From: Eledone cirrhosa
Taxonomy: Eukaryota
Length of the DNA: 64,000 nucleotides
Assembly (NCBI GenBank): GCA_964016885.1
Contig: OZ024742.1
Span: 334,986,001 to 335,050,000 of the forward strand
Reading direction: 5' to 3'
Shown here piece by piece: positions 40,916-57,258 of this stretch. Position 1 is the stretch's first letter. Each line of letters opens with the position of its first letter. The notes under the pieces were generated by a model. That model ran no database searches, was not told where the DNA came from, and saw only the letters and a program-made list of their open reading frames with translations. Made by a program: the position numbers and the translations under genes.

Positions 40916-40965
40916 GGTGCTTTCACACTTAACGGGATTTTATTTCGACAAATAGTAATTGATAA

Positions 40966-41034
<69 letters not shown>

Positions 41035-41104
41035 GGTGGTTAGAGCGTTGGGCTTGCAATTGGGCGACTGATGATCTACCACAAACAACCATGTCCGGGC
41101 TTTG

Positions 41105-41135
<31 letters not shown>

Positions 41136-41269
41136 ATAGCCGTCGAAACGGCTTCAGCTCTGCCATCGGGGTCATACTTTTTCTTATTACCCACTCTACT
41201 ACCCTAAGTATTGAGTACTCTGGTGCGTTATGGTCCATCTGGTTCCTTACCACAACTCCTTCGTTACAT

Positions 41270-41378
<109 letters not shown>

Positions 41379-41691
41379 TGATTCCAACCGTGACGATCCC
41401 CACTGAAATTTCATGAAATAGTCTTTAAGACTGACTATACAGAGCATTGTAGTTTTTCCAAATTGAAGGATGAGTATTTTAAACTTTATTTTATTCTGAG
41501 TTAAGGCTCTATTGATTTTTCCCTGGATTTCACCAAATTCTGTGGATGAATTTATATCCTAATTCTTTTTGAATTGATTTTGAATTATTTTATCACATCT
41601 TACGTTAACTAGTTTTCCATTTTGACGCTATAGTCACTTATATATTATGGAATACTGTTGGCTTCTTGCTACAATAATTTCTATACTTTTC

Positions 41692-41744
<53 letters not shown>

Positions 41745-42644
41745 TATAATAAAGAGAGATAAACACAGATATATGCGTTCAAATCATAAGGGACCTAAAC
41801 CGCTAACTAAATACTAACTATGAACAATACGGTTTGCCAGACTCAATTAAAAGAATAAATTAAGAAATAGTACAAACCGAAACGTGATGACATCCAGACA
41901 GTCTTTGTTAAAACTGTTTCGCATCCATACATACATTTAATACATACACATATACACACATATACATACATATATGTGTGTGCGTATGCGCGCGTTTATT
42001 CTCAATCACTTACTACTTCGACATATAGTAATTAATAAAATATGTACCAGACCTAAAAACCAAATACTGTGGGGGGGGGGGGGGCTAAATATAATCGACT
42101 AAACTACTGAATGCAGTGCCCAGCATGGACACTGCCCACTAACTTAAACCAGTTAAAGAATAAATGAATAAAAGAACATGCAAATATATATACATATTCA
42201 CATACACACACGTGTATTGACGTTTGTAAATTGACACTGTTTGCCCGTTGAAATATATGTGGTTGTTAATTCAGTATAATGAGTGTTTTGTGTGCATATT
42301 TGTGTTTATACTCGTATGCGTGTATGTATATGTGTGTATGCATGTCTGTATGAGTAGATAATCATCTTAATATATGGCGATACAGACTAGATAGATAGAG
42401 AGATAACGAGGTGTTTACTGGAATAATAGAGATCGGTAGTAAATTACAATGAAATATTTCATTTTGTTAGACTCATTCAGCATTAGAAATCTTGCGTCCA
42501 TGGACTTAACTACCGACGCCTCATGGCACATAAACAACTCCCTGTCATTGCTACATTAAACTAATTCAATCTTTCATCCGCATCCACTTTCAACCCCTAT
42601 TATTATAAATAAAGACATATGAATACTATGTATAATAGTCATGC

Positions 42645-42810
42645 AAGCGCAGGCATGCTGTATGGTTAGGAAGTTTAGTTTACAATCACGTGGTTTCAAG
42701 TTCATTTGCTAAGCGTAGCATTTTGGGCAAGTGCTTTCTACTATAACTTCAGGTTTCCAATGCCTTGTGAGTAATTTCTGGAAGACGGAAACTTGAAAAC
42801 ACCGTCTTAT
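42645..42810 (+). mobile_element. tRNA-derived SINE family B copy
   Basis: GCAGGCATG.TGT.TGGTTAGGAAG head, homologous to 34425-34596. Confidence 0.55.
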
Positions 42811-42877
42811 GTGTGGCTGTCCGTATTTGTGTACGTATATATGTACCAATACTTAAAAAATAAGTATCACACCTCAA

Positions 42878-43255
42878 AATAATGATTTCTGGTATAGGCA
42901 AAAGGCCAGTACGTTACTGGTACTTTATTTTATCGACCCCGTAAGGATGAAAGGCAAAGTAAACCTCGGTGGAATTTGAACTCAGACAGTAAAGCACCGT
43001 AACTCTATGCTGCAAAGCATGTTGTCCGACTCTCTACCGATACTTTCAATCCGCTGCCCTATCACACCTCAAAATAATTGTTTCTACTTTTGGCACAAGC
43101 CCAGTACATTACTGGTACTTTATTTTATCGACCCCGTAAGGGTGAAAAGCAAAGTTAACCTCAGCAGGATTTTGAACTCAGACCATAAAGGGCCGTAACT
43201 CTTTGCTGCAAAGCATGGCGTCCGACCCTCTAGCAATACTGCCAATCCACCGCCT
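42878..43255 (-). mobile_element. Two tandem SINE family A copies
   Basis: Repeated B-box (GAGTTCAAA on minus) plus the conserved central domain. Confidence 0.8.
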
Positions 43256-43557
43256 CAAAATAATAAACACCAAACTCAATATGACCGATTAGATAACTTT
43301 AAGGTGATGCCCCAGCATGGACTCAGTCTAATGACAAACCTTTAAAAGAATACATTTAGTCACATCTACCTGGGCATCATTACTGTTCAGCAGTATACTT
43401 ACATATCCTGAGGACAACATCATATAGATTTTGAAAACAAACTATTAAAGACTTATTTACATTTAGTCTAAACTTGACATGATTGTATTAATTAGCAGTA
43501 GCACTCACACAGAGTGATTCTGAATAATGGTGTATATGAACCCATGAATAGTCACAT

Positions 43558-43751
43558 CAGACCTGTCAACTCTCCCCGTCTGACGGGGAGATCTCCCATC
43601 CACTTTAGGGCGGGTGAGAGGTGTCTTCTCTTGTGAAAATGGGTATAGCTTTCATTATGTAAAATCTCCCCATTTTACCTAATTTCTGCCCGTTTTGGGG
43701 CACTTTTTTCATGGTACTCCCCGTTTGGGTGTTTAGAGGATGGCAGGCCTG
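43558..43751. mobile_element. hAT-type MITE, 194 bp
   Basis: Imperfect TIRs CAGACCTGTCAACTCTC / GAGGATGGCAGGCCTG, flanked by direct repeat GTCACAT (43551-57 and 43752-58). Confidence 0.8.
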
Positions 43752-44459
43752 GTCACATTCATAGGAAAGTTCATATGGGATTGAGTTCTATGAGTACAAT
43801 TGCCACGAGTTGTAAAATCTAGTCTACAGGTCAAGCCATTGCTGCTGAGGGTCTGAGGAGAAGCGAAAATCCAAAGAGAATAGACTAAAAGTAAACTCAT
43901 AAAGAAAAATGAGCAGAGAAAAGAACTCGATAACCAGAAATGATCTTTTATAATGTTTCAGAGTGGAAATTATTTTTCTACCAGTCCATCTCAGTAACAA
44001 ACAATTTAGTTTCTCCTATAGGGATACAAATCTTTTGAACCAGTAATGTATATTTCAAACACAGATAGTTGAATACTGCTATCATACATAAAATGGAATT
44101 AAGTGATAAGTCAACAGCTTTGTTGAAGTCTTAATATAATGGTGCTACTGGTGGTATATGGATATGTCAGCTACGAAAAATGACTTACAGGTATTAAATT
44201 TAAACGAAATATCAAATGTCATTGCTATAATCAAAATATCACCTTTCCTTTTATAATCAATTCACTCAACAGTCATTATTAAATATTTGAAAAGTTATTT
44301 TTTATTAAATAATTTCTGCTTTTTGCGTTCTGAGTTCAAATCACGCTATGACCTACTTGTGTGAAAAACTTAATCCCCTTACCCTGTTAAATATTACCAC
44401 CCAGGTTTTTGTGCGATAGAAGCAGCTATAGTAATATGAAAAGTTCTTTTTTCTCGAAT

Positions 44460-44492
<33 letters not shown>

Positions 44493-44539
44493 ACCCCCCC
44501 CCAAAAAAAAGGGTGATTGTTTCAGATTTAAGCAATTTC

Positions 44540-45075
44540 ACATGGTGAAATTCATCAACAGTTCATTTTTTACTGGGACTGCTGTAATTTAAACAAGCCA
44601 TGAGATAATTCAAATTTTTAAGCGTTAAGCCCGCCAGCTGGATAACATCTTACATTTTTGGTGTGTTCTGGAATTATCATCTTTTCAAGACCTTCTGTAG
44701 TCTCATGAATAGGAGATTCACTGTATTGTTACTCGGAATAATGACCTTAAAAATTGATCTTCATAATTTCTATGGTTTCCTTTATAACAGGTGTAATATC
44801 TCCATTTGTATGTGAAATTATTTTATATATACATATTAGAGGATATAGTATAAGAGGTCTTTATTTCCTATTTTAAATGTCAGATGGTGACGTAGGAAAT
44901 TACATAAAGGCTGAAGGTTTTCTAAACTTACATTTAAATTGAAAATATATATTTTACTTATCTGAATTCAGCATTTTGAAATGGCCTTTCATGTTCGAAG
45001 GCTTCATTGCATAATTTCTAAATGTCTTTTCACATAGCCACATAGGTATTGTCTCATCAGTTATTGAAGGTGCAA
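44540..45075 (-). pseudogene. Second hAT (Buster-type) transposase remnant
   Basis: DETIPMWLCEKTFRNYAMKPSNMKGHFKMLNSDK, with DNA similarity to 6880-7260. Confidence 0.68.
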
Positions 45076-45605
45076 AACCAATTTTCAAATATTTCTCTGA
45101 ATATTACTGATATTTTCCCAATATTAGTATCTGTGGGTTCCCTCTCGGCACACCTGTTTCCACACGTTATGCAAATAATTTAAATTCCAAAGGGATTTAC
45201 ACCCCGAGAACCGGTGCAGGTAGATGGCGAATTGTGATAGTTATCAGATCGCAGGAACGAATGTCTTGTAGTTATTCAACTTCTCTGCGCTTTGAGTTCA
45301 TAACCAGATGAGTCAACTTTGCCTTTAATCGTTCTGAGGTTGAGAAAATAATGATCCTATTCAGAGCAGTGGATTGGCAGTACACTTTACAGCTCTTCAC
45401 ATTCACGCTGCATCCTACTTAATTCGACGCCAGTTTTTAGCAACCTCACCTGGTCCTTGGCTGACTTTAACTGTGTATACTCTATTCCAAGCTTTCTTGT
45501 CAGGTCTTTGGTTTGAGAAAACTGACAAAGAGGGTAAACGGCACTGTCCTTCTTAGCCTGAATGTACCACAGTACATCACTGAATGTATGTAGGATATCA
45601 CACAA

Positions 45606-45654
<49 letters not shown>

Positions 45655-45672
45655 CACACACACACACACACG

Positions 45673-45758
<86 letters not shown>

Positions 45759-45938
45759 TACACATATACACACATATTATGTAACAGGTAATGTCCAAAT
45801 TTTTAATGATATTGATATAATTAAGAAACTACAAATTTTAAAACCAAGCGTGACAGACATAATATACGTGCATATACATACACTGATATATATATATATA
45901 TATATGAATCTTTTCATATATATATATATATATGAATC

Positions 45939-45974
<36 letters not shown>

Positions 45975-46082
45975 AATTAAGTTAAAACGAAACGAAATTT
46001 AATTTCGTTTCGTTATTTGTTTTTATATATATATATATATATATATATGAATCTTTTCATATATATATATATATATGAATCT

Positions 46083-46687
<605 letters not shown>

Positions 46688-47370
46688 GTATATCTACCAA
46701 CATATGTATACAGATGTATACCTATGCTAGCAAATATATATGTTATGTCTTAGTACCTTTGTGGTTCTATGCAAGGGGATGCAGAACAATTATATGAAAG
46801 ACGTAAAATAAGAAAATTTTAAAAATTAACTTACTTACTAAAATTTTCACTCCAACTAATTAGTTTCTGTAAGTGAATAAATATAGTTACGCAACGCAAC
46901 CATAGAGAAATCCTTACGTCATCTGGGAGTCTATTCTCAGCTAAGTTCCCAGGCAATGTGCGGACACTAGGAACCCATATAAAAATAATAATTCAGTGGA
47001 TGGAAAAAAGCTAGCGGGGACTAGATTCCAGGGCACTGAAAAAATTCACTGTCTACTTGGTCAGTGGCAAATTCTAAAGAATCAATCACGTGACACTGAG
47101 GTTAATCAGTGAGGAGTGGAGTGGTAATAAGACAAGAGCCTAACTACTACCATGAACCATAGCAGTAAAGTTCGGCAAGTTTTGCTCAACAAATAATTTG
47201 GAGATAAATATAGAGAATTAGTATATCTACCAACATATGTATACAGATGTATACCTATGCTAGCAAATATATATGTTATGTCTTAGTACCTTTGTGGTTC
47301 TATGCAAGGGGATGCAGAACAATTATATGAAAGACGTAAAATAAGAAAATTTTTAAAATTATTTTACGTC

Positions 47371-47427
<57 letters not shown>

Positions 47428-47431
<4 letters not shown>

Positions 47432-48177
47432 TGAGATAAGCAGAATAAGCAAAATTTAAACAATTTAAAAAAAAATTTTTTTTAAATATAATTCAAATAT
47501 TTACTCACCCCAGAGCTCTTACTGATCAGTTTCACATCACAAAACATTAGAAATCCATGGGATCTCCAATGGAAAAGAGAAGATCTTCGGAAAGCATTTT
47601 CCTAACCTAGGGCAAAAAGTCCCAGGAACGGCAAAATATATTGCCTTCTACTAGCTAGTATAGGGTCGAAGGAGGCCGAAATTTGACCTATACATGAACC
47701 CAGTCCGTAGCTAAGCGGAAGTAAACATAGACGTGTTGTCTGTCTCACCACTAAAAATAGCAGCTAAATAGAACAACAGATTTGTTCTCTACATAACGGA
47801 GAATCTCCGTTATGTAGAGAACAAATCTGTTGTTCTATTTAGCTGCTATTTTTAGTGGTGAGACAGACAACACGGTCTATGTTTACTTCCGCTTAGCTAC
47901 GGACTGGTTCATGTATAGGTCAAATTTCGGCCTCCTTCGACCCTATACTAGCTAGTAGAAGGCAATATATTTTGCCGTTCCTGGGACTTTTTGCCCTAGG
48001 AAAGGAAAATGCTTTCCGAAGATCTTCTCTTTTCCATTGGAGATCCCATGGATTTCTAATGTTTTGTGAGGTGAAACTGATCAGTAAGAGCTCTGAGGTG
48101 AGTAAATATTTGAATTATATTTTTTTTTATTTTTTTTAAAAATTGTTTGAATTTTGCTTATTCTGCTTATCTCAATA
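47428..48177. mobile_element. ~750-bp palindromic element (arms ~370 bp, centre near 47802)
   Basis: Centre TAACGGAGAATCTCCGTTA. The arms differ by a few substitutions and indels. Confidence 0.9.
48011..48091 (+). ncRNA. Type I hammerhead with U4C core (family H; mirror 47515-47595 minus)
   Basis: GCTTT CCGAAGA [long stem II] GAAA CTGATCAG TA AGAGC, with palindromic ACTGATCAGT. Confidence 0.7.
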
Positions 48178-48279
48178 TTATAGTTCTGGTATGTCAAAGT
48201 AATACCATTGAACAACGCTGTTTCATAGACACCCTATGTATTTCCAAGGGTACTTAGTACCCGTGGGCATATTAACTTC

Positions 48280-48366
<87 letters not shown>

Positions 48367-48369
48367 TCT

Positions 48370-48427
<58 letters not shown>

Positions 48428-49384
48428 GGATGTATGTTACCTTAAATTTAACTGTTTTAACGCAAATTTTTTTACTATAGAAAATAATCAAATGAACTAG
48501 AAAAGACGACACGGTGTTCGAACTCTCACATAGCGAAGACCAGGTGGTTGGGCTACCAATTACCCTAAAGCGGGTTGATAGATTTTCCTTCATTAAGCCT
48601 TATCTATCGGCCACTGATTGTGAATACATCGTATTTTAAGGAGTGTTGTGCGAAATGTGATTTTGGAATGAATGTTAGCATAACGGAGGATTTTGACATT
48701 TCATTTGCCCAATCCGTTCGACTATTTTTCATATTATAATCTGATCTGTGACTCGAATGATAATGCTTGCGTCACCGGAGAAAATTAAAAATATAAAGCC
48801 ACAGATAGGATTATAATATATAAAAGTATTTTATATATATTTTTCATGATGGATCTGAGAGCATGGTTTGTATTTGCAGAAAGAATTGTCAGGAATAAAA
48901 TGATTCAATTTCATTGCTATATGTTGAATGATATATGTATGTATAAATGTGCATATAAACAACTATATATACTGTACATTATATATTTATATATGTATAT
49001 ACGTATATACATAAATCTCTCTCTCTTTCTCTCTCTCTCTCCTCCCTCTTTCTCTTTCTCTCTCTTCTCTCTTTCTCTCTCTCTCCTCTCTCTTTCTCTC
49101 TCTATCTCTCACTCTATCTATCTATCACTCTCTGTCTCTCTCTCTATATATATACATATATTTACTATATATGTGTTTATGTATGTGTGTATGTGTGTAT
49201 GTATGTTTGTATGTATGTATGTATGTATGTATGTATAAATATATATATATTTTGGAAAGTTATTAATCCATATATTTTGTCAGTCGCAACGGAGGAACAT
49301 GCACACATACACACACATAAACACACACCTATATACATATATAAATAAGCCTGCGATGTGTGTATATGAGTGTGTGTATGTGTA

Positions 49385-49439
<55 letters not shown>

Positions 49440-49741
49440 GTGTATATATAAATGTGTATACATGTATGTGTATGTACACCGACACACACACGCTAGCAAT
49501 CCAAAATAAATTCATAAGAAAATAAAAGAAAAAAGGAAACTAGTAAAATTTCATTTCACTCGTAGCTAAGATTTATAGACACATCAACAGAGATATTATC
49601 CGATTACGGCTTATTATATCTTGCCTCTGTTCTCGCTAAAGTGTTTCCGCAATTCTCGCGAGAATTCCACCAGGAACTTAAGACCATGTTAAATATAATA
49701 ACTAATGTGGGGTTTAGTAGAAGTGTGTGAATATATGTAAT

Positions 49742-49818
<77 letters not shown>

Positions 49819-49872
49819 ATGTATGTATATTCAAATATATGTGTGTCCATATAAATATGTCTATATATTCAT

Positions 49873-49926
<54 letters not shown>

Positions 49927-50025
49927 CATATGTATGTGTGTGTGTGTGCATGTCTGTGTATGCGCGTTTGTGTATGCATGTGTATGCGCGTCTGTATATA
50001 CATGTGTGTGTGTGTGTGTGACTGT

Positions 50026-50065
<40 letters not shown>

Positions 50066-50248
50066 ATTATATACTATATGGGTGTCGAGATGTTATATAT
50101 GGTCCAATGATATATGTAAAAAAAGAAGGGAAACAAAAACAGTATTTCAGCAATAAGATAAATTAAATATACTTAAGACGAAACACATATTCAAGCAGAA
50201 TATGTATTCACATACAAATACACTCACACACACATTCAAACGCTCACG

Positions 50249-50320
<72 letters not shown>

Positions 50321-50439
50321 TATATAGGAGAAGAGTTCGGACCCCGACGGCTTAGCTCCGGCCATTTCGACAGCTAGATCCGACGTGTATGTATATATAT
50401 ATATATATATATATACAGAGAGAGAGAGAGAGAGAGGGG

Positions 50440-50471
<32 letters not shown>

Positions 50472-51149
50472 CGTACATATATATATATACATATAATACA
50501 TATATATATGTAAATATCTTTAAATCCTTTGGAAGCCTCGACAATGCAAATGGGTAAATCTCCGGGTAACAAGATCCGGTGGTGGAGAGAGAGATGTAAA
50601 TGGGTCTACGTTGAGATACGTGGTGTATATAAGACGTGTAGAAGAATGAAGGAAAGAGTATAAAGGATAAAATAAAAATAAGAACACGAGAGAGAGTTAC
50701 CTTGGGAGAGATTTAATAGTCCCTATATATTTCGGATTCACATCCATCAACTGGGGTTTTTTTCCGGGGTGGGGGAAAAGGTTGTCTGTCGGAAAGGTGC
50801 GAAACGCGTCCTCCGCTGTTTGTTGTTTTGAATATCTGAGGTATTCAGCAGAGCGCGCATGCGCGTGAAATGGTGTCGGTCGGGCAGAGGTCAGCGGCCG
50901 AATGAGGGAGTGGGGTGGTGCTAGCTGTCAGTCCATTCTCTGCCTGTTTGTTAAATGTTACTGTGTGTGTGCGTGTGTTGTCTCGCTTGAGTGTGTGTGT
51001 GTGTGTGCGTGTGTTGTTGCCTTGTTCCTCTGTATTGGCAGTGTAGTATGTTCGTATGGTGGAATGCTACTGTGTGTGTGTGCGTGTGTGTGTGTAGTTG
51101 TCTCGTTTGTGTGTGTGTGTGTGCGTGTGTTGCTGCATCGTTTGTTAAC

Positions 51150-51419
51150 TTAAACCAGCCATCCATTTCGCTTCTCTCGGATCGATTGTTTATTTGCGGT
51201 TGCAGGCGTTTGATAAAAAGCGCTTCCTTGATACGTAACGTGCCGACGTTTCTTTCAGTCGCTAGAATTGTGACAATGGGCCTTCCGTCTATGTTTCCGC
51301 ATGTGTTTCCGGAAAGACGAGGCCCTGGTTTTAGTGTGTTCCTTGATCCGGATGTGCAACGGTCGGATTGTGCTACCTATGTAGTATTGGTTGCACTTGT
51401 CACATTCTATCTTATACAC
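51150..51419 (-). pseudogene. Penelope/Poseidon-type GIY-YIG remnant (absent from ORF track)
   Basis: [28 protein letters not shown]...FRKH, a frameshift, then [31 protein letters not shown]. Confidence 0.88.
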
Positions 51420-51487
<68 letters not shown>

Positions 51488-51532
51488 TAGCCGTCGAAAT
51501 GGCTTGAGCTCAGCCGTCGGGGTCCTACTCGT

Positions 51533-51583
<51 letters not shown>

Positions 51584-51749
51584 TAAGTTATTCCGGGTTG
51601 AATCGGAGATAACCACAGTAAGTAAGGTACTCAATGAATAGCATAGTATAAAAGTTTTAATATAGGTGAGATTCTACAGGACTAGAACTGTTTCATCCTT
51701 GAGAAATGATTTCTCAAGAATGAAACAGTTCTAGTCCTGTAGAATCTCA

Positions 51750-51787
<38 letters not shown>

Positions 51788-51802
51788 ACTTAATATAGAA
51801 AT

Positions 51803-51854
51803 GGCTTCTACAGGACTAGAACTGTTTCATTCGAAGGAAATCATCAGGAAAGCC
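51803..51854 (-). ncRNA. Type I hammerhead (family I)
   Basis: GGCTTTC CTGATGA tTTC cttc GAAt GAAA CAG ttctagtc CTG TA GAAGCC. 3' halves recur near 27358, 51675 and 51722. Confidence 0.8.
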
Positions 51855-51991
51855 TTGATAATTTCTAGTCCTGTAGAAGCCTATATTAAATCTTGTATAT
51901 ACTCTACAATGTATCGAGTACTTTACTTACTGTGGTTACCTCCGATTGATCCCGGGACTCAAATATATACATATATATATATATATGTATA

Positions 51992-52111
<120 letters not shown>

Positions 52112-52359
52112 TGTGTGTGTGTCTGTGTGTCTGTGTGTGTGTCTGTGTGTGTGTGTGTGTATGTGTGTGTGTCTGTCTGTCTCTGTGTGTGTGTATCTCT
52201 GTGTGTGTGTGTAAAGGCCTGTTGCTGCCATGGCGCCAAACGGTAACTCTGAGGACCAACTTATTGAACCTGTGCCGATGAAAATCTTTACTCAAAAAGG
52301 GAAATAGAGAACAATAGGGGAATGGAGAAGAGCTCCAAAGCCAGGAGCAGATAATCGGA

Positions 52360-52585
52360 ATTTTTCTAGTATCTTCCATTCGATGGAGAAGTCAACGTTT
52401 TTGTCATTGAGCTGCCATATTTTATTTGCCAATTTTGTGGTTTTCTTTTATTTGTGTACCTGAAGGCTATTTCGTGATTAAGGAACGATTTATAAACCGG
52501 CTCCCTGACATATCGACGTATTTCCCGGATTCCTTTTGGTGGTGTTGCTTCAATAGGGAGAACTCAACTTCGTATATTATACGTG
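52360..52585 (-). pseudogene. Degenerate Hydra-like GIY-YIG remnant
   Basis: IIYEV...KYVDMS..RF..NHEIAF...TKLANKIWQLNDKNVDFSIEWKILEK with frameshifts. Aligns by eye with the 9332 and 36136 ORFs. Confidence 0.65.
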
Positions 52586-52787
52586 GGGTGTATATAAATA
52601 AATATATATATATATATAATAGTAAAAATAATAAATTTGAAGACTAAAATCCAAAGAGGGCTCGAATCGGGTGAAAGCAGCGATTCTTTGGTTAAACATT
52701 AATCTGTTATTCTAATAAATATATATATATTTATATATATTTATATATATATATATATATATATACATGCATGCATACATACACACA

Positions 52788-53398
52788 TGGTGGCTGCCAA
52801 CTCGTTTTCGAGTACGGCCACTACTTTATATCCATGTAGGAGAACCCCTACCGATGCGCTGAACGAGTGTGACTTTTTAGTCTCAGCCAGTGACTTGAAA
52901 ACTCTGGTACAAACACTACACTTGTGACAATTATTGACACATAGTGCTGGGCCCATGGTACCATGTGACGACAAGTGCAGAGAGATCTCCAGATATAAAG
53001 CAATGCCTGTGCCGTGAAGCTTTTATAGTGAGCAAAGGCACTGCACAAAGCCAGTCCCACTCTCTTAACCAAGATGATATTTACCAAAAAGAAGAACAAG
53101 TCAACATCATTGGATACCATCAGGGTTGCAGGTGTTATATCAGAGTTTTCCTTCTCCTAGAATTCTGCCTTGACAAAGGCTAAGGGGTCATCTCTCCCGG
53201 TGATTTTGGATGGCCATTGACTCTTAAGAGCTCCTTTGCCCTTTGACAGGTTTTGTTTTTAGTCCTGCAGGATGTCCAAAGTCACCCTCCTCACCAAGAA
53301 ACCTTGGTGGGGTTGCCAGTTTAGTCGCCAACGACCCGACCATGAGACAGGTTGTACTGGGATACATGTTACCAGTAGCACCAACTGGTGACCTGACA
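52788..53398 (-). mobile_element. Inverted copy of the 16262-16871 repeat
   Basis: Near-identical sequence, giving the same pseudo-ORFs on the opposite strand. Confidence 0.85.
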
Positions 53399-53482
53399 TA
53401 CACACATATATATATATATACACATAAATTTATATACCTATGTATCTCTATCCCTCTATCTATCTATCTATCTCTATATATA

Positions 53483-53562
<80 letters not shown>

Positions 53563-53574
53563 GTGTGTGTGTGT

Positions 53575-53606
<32 letters not shown>

Positions 53607-54168
53607 TTCGTTTCTGAATTTGTTTAGCAAGATTCTTTATCTGAAATCGTGTGTTGAAACCGATATTGTTATACTTTGGGAGGGTCATGTTGCCAATAAG
53701 AAACACACGCACCAGTTGCTTTCACTTCAATTTATTATAATAAATTTATAATAAATTTATAAATTTATAAATTTCTGGTTGGTTGGTTGGTTCCACAACC
53801 AGATAGTTGTTTATATATTGTCATAGTTCTTTCGTCACACACTCTGTGACCTCTTCAGTGACTGGGGATTCCTTTCTTTGTTTTTGTGCTACACCTTTGT
53901 TCTGTCCTACGCCATTTTGTTTCTGTGTGTTACACAGTGACGAAGGAGAGGCACAAAATCAAAGAAAGGAATCCCCAGTCACTGAAGAGGTCACAGAGTG
54001 TGTGACGAAAGAACTATGACAATATATAAACAACTATCTGGTTGTGGAACCAACCAACCAACCAGAAATTTATAAATTTATAAATTATTATAAATTTATT
54101 ATAATAAATTGAAGTGAACACCACTGGTGCGTGTGTTTCTTATTCGCAACATGACCCTCCCAAAGTAT

Positions 54169-54172
<4 letters not shown>
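53607..54172. mobile_element. Family E fold-back element with two mirror hammerheads
   Basis: 53665-53900 is the reverse complement of 53945-54172. Confidence 0.85.
53978..54020 (+). ncRNA. Type I minimal hammerhead (family E; mirror 53820-53862 minus)
   Basis: GTCA CTGAAGA gGTCACA gagtg TGTGAC GAAA GAAC TA TGAC. Confidence 0.8.
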
Positions 54173-55134
<962 letters not shown>

Positions 55135-55181
55135 AGTATATATAGATGGATGGATGGTTTTATGTATGTGTCTGTATTTAC

Positions 55182-55217
<36 letters not shown>

Positions 55218-55519
55218 GTATACATATGTATATGTATATATAGCCCATAAAATTATTGGTAAGAAGTGACAATATTTGCTATATATTGCCTATATAGCAT
55301 TCGATTCTGTAACAGTTTATCAAGGATTATATACGATTATTTTATATTTACAAGAAGATATATTTTCTGCTGACCTATGCCCAACTCATCTTTTACAGAA
55401 CTTCTATACAAATTACAATATATGCAAACTCACGCACACACACACAAACATACAACACATACACACACATACACACACACACAAATGTATATATGTTGGA
55501 ATTCATATAGAATACAGTA

Positions 55520-55594
<75 letters not shown>

Positions 55595-55957
55595 TACATA
55601 TATATATATATTTATATATTTATCTATATATGTGTGTGTGGGTATGTATGAATGTATGTATGTATACAGGGGTTGTATACATATATACATATACATAAAT
55701 GCATGTATACATATATTTTTAATATGTATATTCCATACACATGTCATTGAAATTCTAGATTTTACTAATGGAATTTCAGACGAGTAAACAAACAAACCAA
55801 CATTAAAAAGCAGCAATAAAGATATATTAGCAAATAATATATATATTAAACCAAGCAGCATGGTCTGTGTGTTAGTACGTATATATATATACATACACAT
55901 ATAATATTGACACACATACACACATACACACACAGATATACATATATACATATATGT

Positions 55958-56110
<153 letters not shown>

Positions 56111-56157
56111 ACGTATATATATATATATACATAAATACACAATACACATATACATAA

Positions 56158-56192
<35 letters not shown>

Positions 56193-56552
56193 CGTATATA
56201 CATTTACGTATATATATATATATATATACGTATATGTATATATATATGTATATATATGTATGTATGTATGTATATATGTATATATAAATGTATATATGTA
56301 TTTATGTGGTTCCATAGAAATATATATATATATTCATATAAAAATATATATATTTATATATATATATATATTTATATGTATATATATATATATATTTATA
56401 TGTATATATATATATATATTTATATGTATATATATATATATATACATATAAATATATATTTATATATTTATATGTGTATATATATATATATTTATATGTA
56501 TATGTATATATATATATTTTTAAATGTATATGTAAGTATATATATGTTTATG

Positions 56553-56635
<83 letters not shown>

Positions 56636-57122
56636 GTAAAATCACGGAGAAATGAGAAATGATAAGTCTAAGCTGGTGGTCGGCTAACCAGTTTATATGT
56701 TTATATGCACATAGAATTATACGTATATACACATTCTGTTATTGTAGTGTGGTGCTGTGGTTGTTACTGGAGTTGTCTTTCCTTGGTGCAGTTTTTGTTG
56801 TTGCTATTGCTGCTGTTGTTATTGCTTCTGTTGTTGCTTTTGTTGTTTTGGTTTTGGTTTTTGGTTTTTTCGTCTTTTTGTTATAGTTGTTGCATTCTTT
56901 GAAATCTCAACAGATAAATCAGATATCCTATACTGATGTGATATTAAGGAAGTATATCATTTATAATGTTCCATCATAGCATCACTCTCTCTATTTGTGT
57001 TTATCTACGGCTCAGCTAAATCATTTCTTCTATTTATGAATGTATACATAAACATACATATTCACACATATACATATATGCATACACTCACAAGCAGACT
57101 CACACTCACATACACACATAAG

Positions 57123-57258
<136 letters not shown>

